Position numbers and translations under genes: made by a program. DNA of 64,000 nt from a virus (lineage: Duplodnaviria > Caudoviricetes): positions 72,936 to 136,935 of the IMG/VR virus record IMGVR_UViG_3300032038_000011; one strand, given 5' to 3'. Positions 5,962-16,288 of the stretch are shown one piece after another. The stretch's first letter is position 1; every line of letters begins with the position of its first letter. Under the pieces are notes generated by a model. It saw only the letters and a list, made by a program, of their open reading frames with translations. It was not told the DNA's origin and did no database searches.

Positions 5962-6829
5962 GTTTCAATACACTTCGTCCAACTTTTTTCCTTCTCATCG
6001 CTCTCAAATTTGTACTTCTTGTCTTGAATTAATGATAGACCAATCGAATATGGGTGAAGTTGATAGACTTTGCCGCTGGCTTGATGTGCCTTTTGATCTT
6101 AATAAATGGGCGCAATTGTATTCTATACACAAAGATCATACTTTAACAGCCTACTTCAATACACTACTAGACGACCACTACCAAGCTTTGCAATGGGCAG
6201 ATGAAAATGAGAGATGGCGTCTTGCGCGCGAAGAAGGTACAATTGATGATGAAATTGAAGCTTTAAGTGAAGCTAAAGTGCGGAAATTAAAAAGAATTTG
6301 GTCTACTAATTACTCTAATGAAGAATTACTTTTTCTCGAAGATTACTACAATCAGATACTTGCTACTCAAAACGTTTCAACTCCAATTCTACAGCATTAC
6401 GCGCGAGATTTATGTGAAATTGAACTTCGCATAAAGAAAGGTTTGCGCGAAGGCTTAGATATTAAAAAGGATATGGATGCGCGCGATAACATAATAAAAA
6501 TCGCGCACTTCGAAGCAAATAATGCCAAAAATGCCGCAGACTTTGAAAGTGTAGGTGAATTAATGGTCTATTACGGCAAAAAAGGTTGGCATCCAAAATG
6601 GCATTCAGAACCAAAAGATGATGTTGATTTCTGTATGCAGAATATACAAAATTATTTGAAACGTTTAGTTATTAATGAAGGTAATTTCTCCGAGCAAGTT
6701 GAAGATAGACGTGAACGCTATAATTTAACTGAACGTTTAGAAAATATAGAAAATGAAGCTGTTGAATTTGATGAAACTGCTGATATTGAGTATGAGGATG
6801 AATCAGCTTTGATTCAAGATTTAGTATGA
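5900..6829 (+). CDS. Putative terminase small subunit
   Basis: Directly upstream of and coupled to TerL; N-terminal CLKC...CTSC zinc ribbon; helical body. Confidence 0.55.
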   Translation: MTDEIKTRRCLKCRQEKPIHEFQYTSSNFFPSHRSQICTSCLELMIDQSNMGEVDRLCRWLDVPFDLNKWAQLYSIHKDHTLTAYFNTLLDDHYQALQWADENERWRLAREEGTIDDEIEALSEAKVRKLKRIWSTNYSNEELLFLEDYYNQILATQNVSTPILQHYARDLCEIELRIKKGLREGLDIKKDMDARDNIIKIAHFEANNAKNAADFESVGELMVYYGKKGWHPKWHSEPKDDVDFCMQNIQNYLKRLVINEGNFSEQVEDRRERYNLTERLENIENEAVEFDETADIEYEDESALIQDLV

Positions 6830-8619
6830 CAGACTTTATTACTCAAAAAGTTGAATTGCGCGATGGCGTCCCAATTGAGAAAGGAGTTGTTCTTACAAAA
6901 GAGTTTCTTGACGCAAATCAAGAATTATTTACTAGTTATTTAAATTATTGGCTGCTATACCCAGATTTATTTTTAGATGCTATACAACAGCAAGACGACG
7001 CAAAAAATTTTCATTTGTTTTTCTATCAGCGAATAGCTTTACGAGCTTCAATGCGTTACCGTTATCATTATTGGACGGCAACTCGCGCGACCTCTAAATC
7101 TTTTACTGCTTATTTAAGTGCTGTTGTGCGCGCAGTTTTATTACCTGGTTCTAACATATTTATTTCTTCTGATGTTAAGGGTACAGTTATTAAGATTGCT
7201 GAAGCTAAATTTAATGAAATTTGGCGTCACTGGCCTATGCTTAAAAATGAGTTACAAACTCGTGAAAGTGGCGGCCAACAAGGTGAAAAGAAAAGTGGTA
7301 ACTATTATGAGTTACGTTTTCGTAATGATAGTATGATTACAGTTGTTTCTAAAGATACTAGCCGTGGTTTAAGAGCGACAGCAGGTATTCTAGAAGAATG
7401 TGCAACCATTGAAGAAGAAGATTATAACGAAGTTCTACTACCTCAAATGAACGTTGCTAGAAGAGAAGTAGATGGAACTTTAAATCCAGAAGAGCCTACC
7501 TCCGCACAAATATTTATTACTACCGCGCGCGAAAAGACTGTATTTATGTATAGTAAATTAATAGAATGTGCGGTGAACGCTATTTTGCGACCAAACGAAT
7601 ATTTTATTTGGGGTCTTTCTTATGAAGTACCATTACATTATGGGCTTTTAGATAAAGCAACCTTAATGGACCAACGTTATTCTAATACAATGAGTGAAGA
7701 TTCATTTGCTCGAGAATCATTATCAATTTGGACCGGGAATAGCAAAGAAGCTTGGTTAGATTCTAAAAGGATTAATAAGCGACGAACTCTATTAAAATGT
7801 GAGCGAAAAGCACAAGAAAATCCTACTAACCCAGATACTTTTTATGTGATAGGAGTTGACGTTGCCAGATATGAAGCTAATACAGCAATTATGGTAATTA
7901 AAGTAATTCCTAATTTAAATGGTTTTAAGAAAAATGTTATTTATACAGAAGTCATTCATGGAGCTAACTATATTACAGATCAAGCTCCTCGTTTAAAGAA
8001 ATTAATTGAATTATATCATCCTAAAGAAATTGTTATTGACGGTAATGGCCCAGGTATTGGCTTATTAGATGCTATGGCTCTTCCTTCTTTTGACGCAAAA
8101 ACTGGGGAACAATTTCCTGCTTATTTTGCTTTCAATAACGAGCATCATTTACCTCCAGAAAAGAAAAATGAATCGGAAGAACCATTACCAGAATACAATG
8201 CTATTATTTATGATATAAAAGCTGGTTCATCTAATGATGACGCGATTCATTCGAACTTTTTCGCGCAATTAAGTAATGGTACATTATCTTTACTCGCGCA
8301 CGAACGAATCGTAAAAGATAAATTACTTCATACTAATAAAGGTAAGAAGATGTCTCTTTATGATAGAAGAGTTTATTTATTACCTTATGAAATGACTTCT
8401 CGATTAGTTGATGAATTAAATAATTTAAAATTAAAACCAACTGGTGTGCAAAATCAATTTAAAATAGAAAAAATTTCTAGTTCTGTAAATAAAGACCGTT
8501 TTTCTGCTTTAGAGTATGGCTTATATAGAGTTAAATATTATGAAGATAAAATGATTAAACGTTCTAAGAAAAAGAATTTTGCACAATATGTTTTCTATAG
8601 TCCAAGAAAAAGGGGGTGA
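6826..8619 (+). CDS. terL: Terminase large subunit
   Basis: FYQ adenine motif, Walker-A-like TRATSKS, RG-R...ILEE Walker B, ITTA, nuclease VIGVDVA, IDGNG and KDRFSA. Confidence 0.9.
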   Translation: MTDFITQKVELRDGVPIEKGVVLTKEFLDANQELFTSYLNYWLLYPDLFLDAIQQQDDAKNFHLFFYQRIALRASMRYRYHYWTATRATSKSFTAYLSAVVRAVLLPGSNIFISSDVKGTVIKIAEAKFNEIWRHWPMLKNELQTRESGGQQGEKKSGNYYELRFRNDSMITVVSKDTSRGLRATAGILEECATIEEEDYNEVLLPQMNVARREVDGTLNPEEPTSAQIFITTAREKTVFMYSKLIECAVNAILRPNEYFIWGLSYEVPLHYGLLDKATLMDQRYSNTMSEDSFARESLSIWTGNSKEAWLDSKRINKRRTLLKCERKAQENPTNPDTFYVIGVDVARYEANTAIMVIKVIPNLNGFKKNVIYTEVIHGANYITDQAPRLKKLIELYHPKEIVIDGNGPGIGLLDAMALPSFDAKTGEQFPAYFAFNNEHHLPPEKKNESEEPLPEYNAIIYDIKAGSSNDDAIHSNFFAQLSNGTLSLLAHERIVKDKLLHTNKGKKMSLYDRRVYLLPYEMTSRLVDELNNLKLKPTGVQNQFKIEKISSSVNKDRFSALEYGLYRVKYYEDKMIKRSKKKNFAQYVFYSPRKRG

Positions 8620-10181
8620 CAACTTTGGAAGGCACAAATAAGAAACATGATTTCTCAAAATTTCGATTACAAGTAACAAGAAATCTCGCGCGAGCACCTA
8701 TAACAGAAAATGCTTATCTTCGTTGGGGTTATCGCAATGGAAAAAGAGTTTCCAATGATGATTTTACTCTAGAAGAAATAAACGCTATTATTCGTTCTGG
8801 TGAATTAGATGCTTATCGTGAATTATCTAATTTTTATTATCGTACTAATGGCGATTATAGGAATAATATAGATTTTCTTGCTTCTTTACCTTTATATGAT
8901 ACGGTAGTAATTCCTGTTTTAGCTTCTGGTAAAGGTTCACACGCGCAAATTATTAAAGATTTTGAAAGAGCTTGTATTTTTATAGAAAAATTAGATATAC
9001 CTAATACTTTTAATTATATTACTAAAGAATGGTTAAAAGTTGGTGTATATAACGGTATTTTGAGAGAAGATGGTGAAGATGTAATAATTCAAGATTTGCC
9101 TTTAGAATTTTGTAGAACTCGTTTTAAGGATTTTAATAATCTTCCCATCTTAGAATTTAATTTACATTATTTTGAGAGAATACATGACGAAGAACTTCAA
9201 GAAGAAGCTGTTGAAAGTTTTCCAGAAGTTGTTAAAAAAGCCTGGCGAGATTATGAAAATGCTAAAAAGCTAATTGATCCTTGGATAATGATTCCTGCAG
9301 AATCTGGTGGTATTTGTTTTACTTTTATTAACGATCAATCACCTTTATTAATAGCAAGTATTCCGCAATTAAAGAAATTAGAGGATGCTGTTGGGCGTGA
9401 AGAAAAACGTGATGAAAATGAATTATATAAATTATTAATTCAACAAATGCCTATAGATGATGGTGAATTAGTATTCCCACTAGAAGAAGCCGCAGAAATG
9501 CACGCTTCTGTCGCAGCGATGTTAAGTGGAACAGATACAGTAGATGTTTTAACTACTTTTGGAGATACAGATTTAGAAAGTCTACAAGATACTTCCGCGG
9601 CTGCGCAATCAAATGATAGAATTAAAAAATATCGTGATAATGCTTATGATTTCTTAGGCAGAAGTTCTTTATTATTTAATGCAGATGGTAGCTCTACGTT
9701 AGCTTATACTATTAAAAAAGATGAAGCTTTAATGATTTCTTACTTAAATGTTTATGAAACTTGGATTAAATTTCATTTAAATAGTAAGTTTTCTCGTCCA
9801 GGATTAACTTTTGATTTTGAAATTTTGCCTACTACAGTTTTTAATAGACAAGATATCCAACAAAATTATTTCCGAGCTGCACAGTATGGTTATTCTAAAA
9901 TGTTTGCGGGCGTTGTAATGGGTATTAAACAGCGCGATCAAATTAGTTTAATGGAATTTGAAAATGATTTTTTAAAGATGTCAGAAAAAATGATTCCATT
10001 ACAATCTTCTTATACTACTCCAGGCGGAGAAGTCGCAAATGAAGAAAAAAATAATTCTTCGGGACAAAAAACAGGAAGTACACAAAAGAGTGATGACCTA
10101 AATAATAAGGGAGGTCGTCCTGAACTCCCTGACGAACAAAAATCTGAAAAAACTCAAGCTAATATTAAAGCTGCTGGGTAA
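8616..10181 (+). CDS. Portal protein
   Basis: 521 aa, follows TerL; C-terminal GGRP motif typical of portals. Confidence 0.8.
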   Translation: MTTLEGTNKKHDFSKFRLQVTRNLARAPITENAYLRWGYRNGKRVSNDDFTLEEINAIIRSGELDAYRELSNFYYRTNGDYRNNIDFLASLPLYDTVVIPVLASGKGSHAQIIKDFERACIFIEKLDIPNTFNYITKEWLKVGVYNGILREDGEDVIIQDLPLEFCRTRFKDFNNLPILEFNLHYFERIHDEELQEEAVESFPEVVKKAWRDYENAKKLIDPWIMIPAESGGICFTFINDQSPLLIASIPQLKKLEDAVGREEKRDENELYKLLIQQMPIDDGELVFPLEEAAEMHASVAAMLSGTDTVDVLTTFGDTDLESLQDTSAAAQSNDRIKKYRDNAYDFLGRSSLLFNADGSSTLAYTIKKDEALMISYLNVYETWIKFHLNSKFSRPGLTFDFEILPTTVFNRQDIQQNYFRAAQYGYSKMFAGVVMGIKQRDQISLMEFENDFLKMSEKMIPLQSSYTTPGGEVANEEKNNSSGQKTGSTQKSDDLNNKGGRPELPDEQKSEKTQANIKAAG

Positions 10182-10192
10182 GGAGAATAATT

Positions 10193-11488
10193 ATGGAAAA
10201 GCAAATACCTATTTATTTTGATAGCGTAGTGATTGATTCTCCCTTTCAAGGAATATCTGAAAGTAACCCAAATATTGGTCGCTTAAAGGTACGAGTATTT
10301 ACCAAATACGGTAATAGAAATGGTTCTTATATTACTGAAGCAGTAGCTAATCAGTTGATAGAATCTGCTACTCAAGGTACTACTCCCGTAGTTGGTTTCT
10401 TTGACCCAGCAACTGAAAGCTGGGCCTCTCACAGCGGCCCAACTTTAGCTAATGGCTATGGTTATGTAGAAAATTTCCTTGGCTGGGAGCCATTTGAAGA
10501 TACAGATGGCGTTACAAGAGAATACGCAGTTTTTTCAGTAGTGCTTTTTACTGATTATTATGAAGAAGCAAAAAAGATTTTTGGCCAAAATCAATCTATG
10601 GAACTTGATCCACTTTCTATTGATGGTGATTGGACAATGATTGAGGGTCAAGAATACTTTGTTTATACTAAAGCAAAAATGCTTGGCTTCTGCGTAATTG
10701 GTGAGCACGAACCATGTTTTTCGGTATCCTCATTCTTTTCTAAGAATGATGACATATATAAATCACAATATGAGAAGTTCTCTTCACTTCTGTTTAACCT
10801 CAAAGCACAAGTAGAAGAGGCTGAAAAAAATAATGAAGGAGGAGAACAACCAATGAATGAGTTTGAAAACAAGGAAACTGTAGAACAGGTTGAGAATCCT
10901 CAAGTACAGGAAGAAGTACAAGATACGTTTCAGCAAACTCAAGAAACTGTTGAGCCTGAAGTCGCCGAAGCTTCAGCTGCAGAAAATTTTGAGGAAAAAC
11001 CAGCTGAGGTTGAACCAGAAGTTCAAGAACCAGTATCAGAGGAACCTTCTGAATTTGAAGCTTTACAAACCAAATTCAATGAACTACAGGAATCCTATAA
11101 TCAGTTACAATCTGATTACTCCACAGCACAAGCTCGCATTGAAGAACTTGAACAGTTCCAAACCTCAACCAATACAGAGCTTGAAACTCTTCGCTCTAAG
11201 AACGAAGAACTACAGACTTCTTTACAGACTTACACAAATCAAGCCTTAGAAGCTGAAAATAATCGTAAAAATGAACTAATAAAGAAATACGAAAAAGTAA
11301 TGAAAGAAGAGGAAATTAGTGATATTAAAGAGAAGGCTAATGACTTTTCTTATGATGAATTAGAGAGCAAGTTAGCAATTGCTTTTGCTAATAAACAAAT
11401 GGCTGGTAATGAAATTAAGAAAGTACCACTACCAGATCCAGAACATGCTCAATTCGCATTATTTATGGAAAAATATCGTATAGATTAA
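10193..11488 (+). CDS. Prohead protease / scaffold fusion
   Basis: N-terminal NRNGS...QSMEL...GFCVIG protease-like domain; acidic coiled-coil C-terminus; internal RBS and ATG at 10853. Confidence 0.75.
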   Translation: MEKQIPIYFDSVVIDSPFQGISESNPNIGRLKVRVFTKYGNRNGSYITEAVANQLIESATQGTTPVVGFFDPATESWASHSGPTLANGYGYVENFLGWEPFEDTDGVTREYAVFSVVLFTDYYEEAKKIFGQNQSMELDPLSIDGDWTMIEGQEYFVYTKAKMLGFCVIGEHEPCFSVSSFFSKNDDIYKSQYEKFSSLLFNLKAQVEEAEKNNEGGEQPMNEFENKETVEQVENPQVQEEVQDTFQQTQETVEPEVAEASAAENFEEKPAEVEPEVQEPVSEEPSEFEALQTKFNELQESYNQLQSDYSTAQARIEELEQFQTSTNTELETLRSKNEELQTSLQTYTNQALEAENNRKNELIKKYEKVMKEEEISDIKEKANDFSYDELESKLAIAFANKQMAGNEIKKVPLPDPEHAQFALFMEKYRID

Positions 11489-11502
11489 GGAGGGAAATTA
11501 TT

Positions 11503-12135
11503 ATGGCTTTAACAAGATTTCCACTAACAAATCCCAATAGCCTATCTAGCAAGTATCGCCCAGGCGAGAAGCTATATGCAACTCTAGAGCTAAATCAGGT
11601 TGCTTTCCCAAAGACTGGTATGGTAGTTTCTCAGACCCCACTATCTGAAGAATTTACAATCAACGCTCCTTGTGAGAATGGTATGTGGGTTGTAGGCGAT
11701 AAGGCTGCTGGCGTTATTGCTGCTCCAGCTGCTGCTACTGATAAGCCTATTGGTATTGTTTATACTGCTGAAAAAGAATATGATGATTATCATTATGGTC
11801 TAGCACGTTTTGGTCGCAAGATTGCTGGCGACTATCCTCGTGTTGGTTTACTAGGTATCGGTGATACCGTAACTACTAACTGCCTACAGTATGATGCTGG
11901 TCAAGGTGCTGCTTTTGCTGATTTTGATGCTCTAGATACCTATTTAAGCGGTGATCTAAGTGGCACAAATAAGGCTTATGTTATTATTCCTAGCGGACAA
12001 GATGATATTAAGTGTGTCCCACAGATTGTTAAATCTCTACCAAATGGCTATGCTGGTATTTATGGCCGCATTGTAAAATACTACACTGTACCTAACGGCG
12101 AAAAGGGCGTTAAGTATCAGATTATTAGTCTATAA
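11503..12135 (+). CDS. Head decoration / minor capsid protein
   Basis: Between scaffold and MCP; ENG motif; high-expression codon bias. Confidence 0.6.
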   Translation: MALTRFPLTNPNSLSSKYRPGEKLYATLELNQVAFPKTGMVVSQTPLSEEFTINAPCENGMWVVGDKAAGVIAAPAAATDKPIGIVYTAEKEYDDYHYGLARFGRKIAGDYPRVGLLGIGDTVTTNCLQYDAGQGAAFADFDALDTYLSGDLSGTNKAYVIIPSGQDDIKCVPQIVKSLPNGYAGIYGRIVKYYTVPNGEKGVKYQIISL

Positions 12136-12150
12136 TAGGAGGTGCGAACT

Positions 12151-13257
12151 ATGAATAAGCTACAAGTTCTAATGAATGGTGTTTTCGGCCGCAAGGTTCC
12201 TGCTGAGTTCGCTGCCGAAAATTATGACTATGAGGCTGCTCTTCGCGACGAGCTAACTAAGCTACTTTGCGACGATAAGGGCCGTTTAAATCGCTATAAG
12301 TTTGAGCGTAATAAGATTGATCTATTTGAATTACTATCTCAGAATCTAGAGGAAGTTCTACCACGTAATATTCAGAGTGCTCTAGATATGTTTACAGAAG
12401 TTATTCGTGTACCACAGGGTTCTCGTTTAGAGTTCCGTGTAACTCGTGGTAAGCAGCGTGGTCGTCAGTTTGTTACTCGTGCTACCGAATCTGGTAACTA
12501 TGAGACTTTCCGTCTAGACCGCGATAAGTTTGATGTATATCCACAGGCTATCGGTGGAGCCGGTTATGTAGACTTCGAACGTTATCTCGATGGTCTAGAG
12601 AACATGACTGATATTTATGAGATTATCCAACAGGGTATTACTGACCGTATTTTTGAAATGGTTCAGGAAATGCTTCTAAGTTCTTGGAACATGGCTGGTC
12701 GCCCAGCAAAGAATAAGGTTATTGCTTCTAGCTTTGACCCAGCTTCTATGGTTAAGCTTTGCAATGTAGTTGCCGCTTATGGTGATCCAATTATTTACTG
12801 CACTCCAGAGTTCGCCGCAGAGATGGTAAATGCTATTATTTACAATAACACTACTAAGATTTCCGATCAGGATATGCTTGAGGTTCGTGACCGTGGTTAT
12901 ATCGGTCGTTTCCGTGGTGTTCCAGTTGTTGTAATGCCACAGTCTTATACTGATGAAAAGAATGAGAAGTTAGTTATGAATCCTTCTTTCGCATATGTAA
13001 TGCCTGCTGGTAAGGAAAAGATCATCAAGCTAGGTTTTGAAGGTTCTCCTTATTTCCGTGAGTGGGATGACCATGAGGGTGACAATCAGATTGTTCTACA
13101 GGGTTATCTAAAGGTTGGCGTTGGCATGATTGGTACTCCTAATTATTGGGGCATCTATTACAATGCTGGTATCGAAGCTGATGGCTGGAAGGATTATAAT
13201 GATAATCTAGATGCTAAAATCGCTAGCACTTATGCTGCTGCACATCCAAATAGCTAA
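12151..13257 (+). CDS. Major capsid protein
   Basis: AGGAGG RBS; ~368 aa; HK97-like GRFRGVPVV motif; strong codon bias; followed by a terminator. Confidence 0.85.
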   Translation: MNKLQVLMNGVFGRKVPAEFAAENYDYEAALRDELTKLLCDDKGRLNRYKFERNKIDLFELLSQNLEEVLPRNIQSALDMFTEVIRVPQGSRLEFRVTRGKQRGRQFVTRATESGNYETFRLDRDKFDVYPQAIGGAGYVDFERYLDGLENMTDIYEIIQQGITDRIFEMVQEMLLSSWNMAGRPAKNKVIASSFDPASMVKLCNVVAAYGDPIIYCTPEFAAEMVNAIIYNNTTKISDQDMLEVRDRGYIGRFRGVPVVVMPQSYTDEKNEKLVMNPSFAYVMPAGKEKIIKLGFEGSPYFREWDDHEGDNQIVLQGYLKVGVGMIGTPNYWGIYYNAGIEADGWKDYNDNLDAKIASTYAAAHPNS

Positions 13258-13280
13258 TTAATATAAACAAATCACTTTAA

Positions 13281-13315
13281 TGGGGTGGGTGAGAATCTCG
13301 CCCATCCCATTTTTC
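13281..13315 (+). terminator. Intrinsic terminator after MCP
   Basis: GGGTGGGTGAG / CTCGCCCATCC stem plus T tract. Confidence 0.75.
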
Positions 13316-13341
13316 TTTTAGAGTTAAAGGAGGAAATTATT

Positions 13342-13791
13342 ATGGCAAAAATTACTTTAAAGAATATTAGTTCTGCTACTGTTGTTATTGGTACTTCTGA
13401 TGGTGCTATGAGAAGTCGTAGTCTCGCGCCAAATCGTGTTATTACTCTTACTCCTACTGAGTATGAAGATTTAATGTATGAGCCTGGCGTTCAGAACATG
13501 ATTCGCGGCGGTTATATTAAGATTGATGGTGTTGCAGAAGATCGTGCAGTAATTGAGACTCCTACTAATGTAATGAGTCGTGATGAAATTATTAAGATGC
13601 TTAATAATCGTGATATTACTGCTTTTGCTAATTATATTAAGATTGCACCTTCTGCGGCAAAAGATACTATTGTACAATATGTAGTAGAGAATAACATTAC
13701 AGATAATGCTTTTACCGCTCTTATTAAGAAATATTGCGGCATTGATGTAATTCAGGCTATTTCTGTAAAGCATCAAGCTGAAGAGAAATAA
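13342..13791 (+). CDS. Hypothetical virion or assembly protein
   Basis: AAGGAGG RBS before MAKITLK at 13342. Confidence 0.7.
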   Translation: MAKITLKNISSATVVIGTSDGAMRSRSLAPNRVITLTPTEYEDLMYEPGVQNMIRGGYIKIDGVAEDRAVIETPTNVMSRDEIIKMLNNRDITAFANYIKIAPSAAKDTIVQYVVENNITDNAFTALIKKYCGIDVIQAISVKHQAEEK

Positions 13792-13794
13792 TTT

Positions 13795-14292
13795 ATGGCT
13801 ACTCCCTTTCTCAAAGTATACGATGCCTTTTTGGCACGAATTACCGCGGATGAATGGACACTTGAGGAAGAATTAGCAATCGTTGAGCGGGATTGGCAAG
13901 AACTTCTAAAAATTGCCATTTTTAGATTTAAGTATCCGCGGACAAGTCTGGATACACAAAAAGTTGAAACTACTGATTCTGATTCTAATCAATTAGAAGT
14001 TTATGAATTTGTAGATGATTTAACCAATGACGAAATACAACTTTTAGCCTTGTACATGAAACACGAATGGGTTAAAAGATGTATTGCTAGTTGGGAAAAT
14101 ATTCGGCAGTTGTACGCTGATAAAGATTTTTCACAAGCAAATCATTTAGATAAATTAAATAAGTTGGAGGCCGCAATTCAAGTTGAAGTGCGGCGTGCGG
14201 AAGGAATTTATGATCGTTCGCGTAAAAAAACTCCAGCTGAATTATTTAGACGTTTAGCAGGTAAGAAAAATGCTTTACGAAGAGACGTTTGA
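13795..14292 (+). CDS. Putative head-tail adaptor
   Basis: Position after MCP; helical; DFSQANHL motif of neck adaptors. Confidence 0.6.
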   Translation: MATPFLKVYDAFLARITADEWTLEEELAIVERDWQELLKIAIFRFKYPRTSLDTQKVETTDSDSNQLEVYEFVDDLTNDEIQLLALYMKHEWVKRCIASWENIRQLYADKDFSQANHLDKLNKLEAAIQVEVRRAEGIYDRSRKKTPAELFRRLAGKKNALRRDV

Positions 14293-14548
14293 AGGTTATA
14301 AAAATAAATTAAAAGGGCGTCTTTATGGTGTGCTTTGTGAAAAAGAAAAAGAAGGCGGAGATTGGGAAAAATTTTTAAATTCAATATTAATTGAATTAAA
14401 AGGTTTAGAGCCAACGTCTATTAATTATTGGCCGCTAATGGGAAAATTAAATTCATTACGATTCTTAAATTATGAATATTTTAGAAAAACAATTTTTGAA
14501 TGTATGAATTTAATTGGTAGTTTAGAGGTTCCTAATGAATTACCTTGA
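14270..14548 (+). CDS. Hypothetical protein (neck module)
   Basis: Overlaps both neighbours within the operon. Confidence 0.6.
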   Translation: MLYEETFEGYKNKLKGRLYGVLCEKEKEGGDWEKFLNSILIELKGLEPTSINYWPLMGKLNSLRFLNYEYFRKTIFECMNLIGSLEVPNELP

Positions 14549-15734
14549 TGTTTATTTTTCAAGAATTAATCACTTAGGTGAAACAACTGCTGAACGAATA
14601 CGAAATGGTGGGAAACGTTCTTTTGAAAAATGGCTTGCGGAATCGCCTCATACTTTAAGAAATTTATCTGTTGAAAGAGGAATATATTTTGATGGAATTA
14701 TTCTTACTAGTAAAGATAAAGAATATGAAAAAATTATGTTTTTAGAAGTTGCTTTAGATATTCCTATTAAAGTAGGAGATATTATGAATTGGACTCTTGA
14801 CGATGGTTCTATTGAAAAATGGATTTTAATTCAGGAAGAAAAGAAAGTTAATGGAACTTTTAGAAGCTTTTGGATTGTTCGCTGTAATTATCTTATGAAA
14901 TGGATAGATAGTGAAGGACATTTGCAATCTTCTTGGGCGTATTTTGTAAGTTCTTTAGATAGCAAAATAAAGGGAAATTTTAGGACATGGAATAACTTAA
15001 TTACTCCACAACCTAATAAATTCGCGGAATTATTAATGCCGCGTTATTCTATAGATAGAGCAACAAATTTTATTGTAGAAGATGAATCTTGGACGGTAGT
15101 TGAATATGATTACTCTAGTGTTCCAGGAGTTATTTATCTTTCGCTAACAGAAACTAAAGTTAATGCAATATATGATGATACTGTTAATGATATTGCAGAT
15201 TTAGATAAATTAGCGGTTTATGATATATCTATTCCAGAAATAACTCAAAAATTTAAAGTTAATGATATTATTGATCTAACTTTTACTTTAATGAAAAATG
15301 GCGTACCTTCAAATGAAGAAGTTGAGTTTATTTCTAGTGATAAAAAAATAGCTAAAATAATTGATAATAAATTAACTGCTATTTCTAAGGGAAATGTAGA
15401 TATTATTATTCAATTAAAACAATATCCTACAATTCAAAAAATTATTTCTATTGAAATTGGGGATGAAGAAAATGAATTTTCTGCATATATTGAAGGAAAT
15501 GATAATCTTCGATTAGATAGAAAAGGAATTTATATTTTAAAAGGGACTGGAGAAATTTCTGATAAAGTGGTTTTCACAATTAATGATACTACTCTTGCGC
15601 GAATTATTAAAACTACTAATAATAGTTGTGAAATACAAGCAAATTCTAAAAATAAATTAGGAAAAGTAGTATTAAGTGCGACTTATCAAAATGTAATGTA
15701 TACTAAAGAAATTTCTATTATTCCATTATGGTAG
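14535..15734 (+). CDS. Putative head-closure protein with C-terminal Ig-like domains
   Basis: Neck position; C-terminal SSDKKIAKI...LTAISKGNVDIII resembles Big_2. Confidence 0.55.
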   Translation: MNYLDVYFSRINHLGETTAERIRNGGKRSFEKWLAESPHTLRNLSVERGIYFDGIILTSKDKEYEKIMFLEVALDIPIKVGDIMNWTLDDGSIEKWILIQEEKKVNGTFRSFWIVRCNYLMKWIDSEGHLQSSWAYFVSSLDSKIKGNFRTWNNLITPQPNKFAELLMPRYSIDRATNFIVEDESWTVVEYDYSSVPGVIYLSLTETKVNAIYDDTVNDIADLDKLAVYDISIPEITQKFKVNDIIDLTFTLMKNGVPSNEEVEFISSDKKIAKIIDNKLTAISKGNVDIIIQLKQYPTIQKIISIEIGDEENEFSAYIEGNDNLRLDRKGIYILKGTGEISDKVVFTINDTTLARIIKTTNNSCEIQANSKNKLGKVVLSATYQNVMYTKEISIIPLW

Positions 15735-15742
15735 GTGATTTT

Positions 15743-16288
15743 ATGAATGAGTTAAATCAAACTATAAAAAAAGAAAAACCCACTCAAAGACGCTTTGCTG
15801 TAATGGGAGAAAATACATTTTTAATTGCTAATAAATTAATGCAAAATCAAGCAATTTGTAGATTATTAAAATATCCAACAAAAGATCCTTTTTCTGAAAA
15901 AGACCCAGTTACTGGGAAAGATCAACCAGATGTTGATGGAATCGAATTAATTAATAAACAAATATTAATTGTTCCAAAAATATATGATGATTCAAATGAT
16001 GAAATGTCTTATATTGTAACAGTATTTGATGATTTTACTGTAAATACTTTAAATCCAGAATTTAAAATAACTACTTTACGTTTTGATATTGCTTGTCCTT
16101 ATGATAAGTGGCTTTTAAATGAAAGATCTCTTCGACCATATTTAATTATGGAAGAAATAGATAAGATGTTTAATCAGGGTAAATTAAAAGGAATTGGTAA
16201 TTTGCAATTTTATCGCGCAGATAATTTAACTTTGTCTCCCTGGATTGGAGGCTATTCCATGAGGTATAAAATTAATGAATTTAACTGA
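15743..16288 (+). CDS. Putative tail terminator / completion protein
   Basis: Position; LRFDIAC...RPYLIMEEIDKMFN pattern. Confidence 0.5.
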   Translation: MNELNQTIKKEKPTQRRFAVMGENTFLIANKLMQNQAICRLLKYPTKDPFSEKDPVTGKDQPDVDGIELINKQILIVPKIYDDSNDEMSYIVTVFDDFTVNTLNPEFKITTLRFDIACPYDKWLLNERSLRPYLIMEEIDKMFNQGKLKGIGNLQFYRADNLTLSPWIGGYSMRYKINEFN

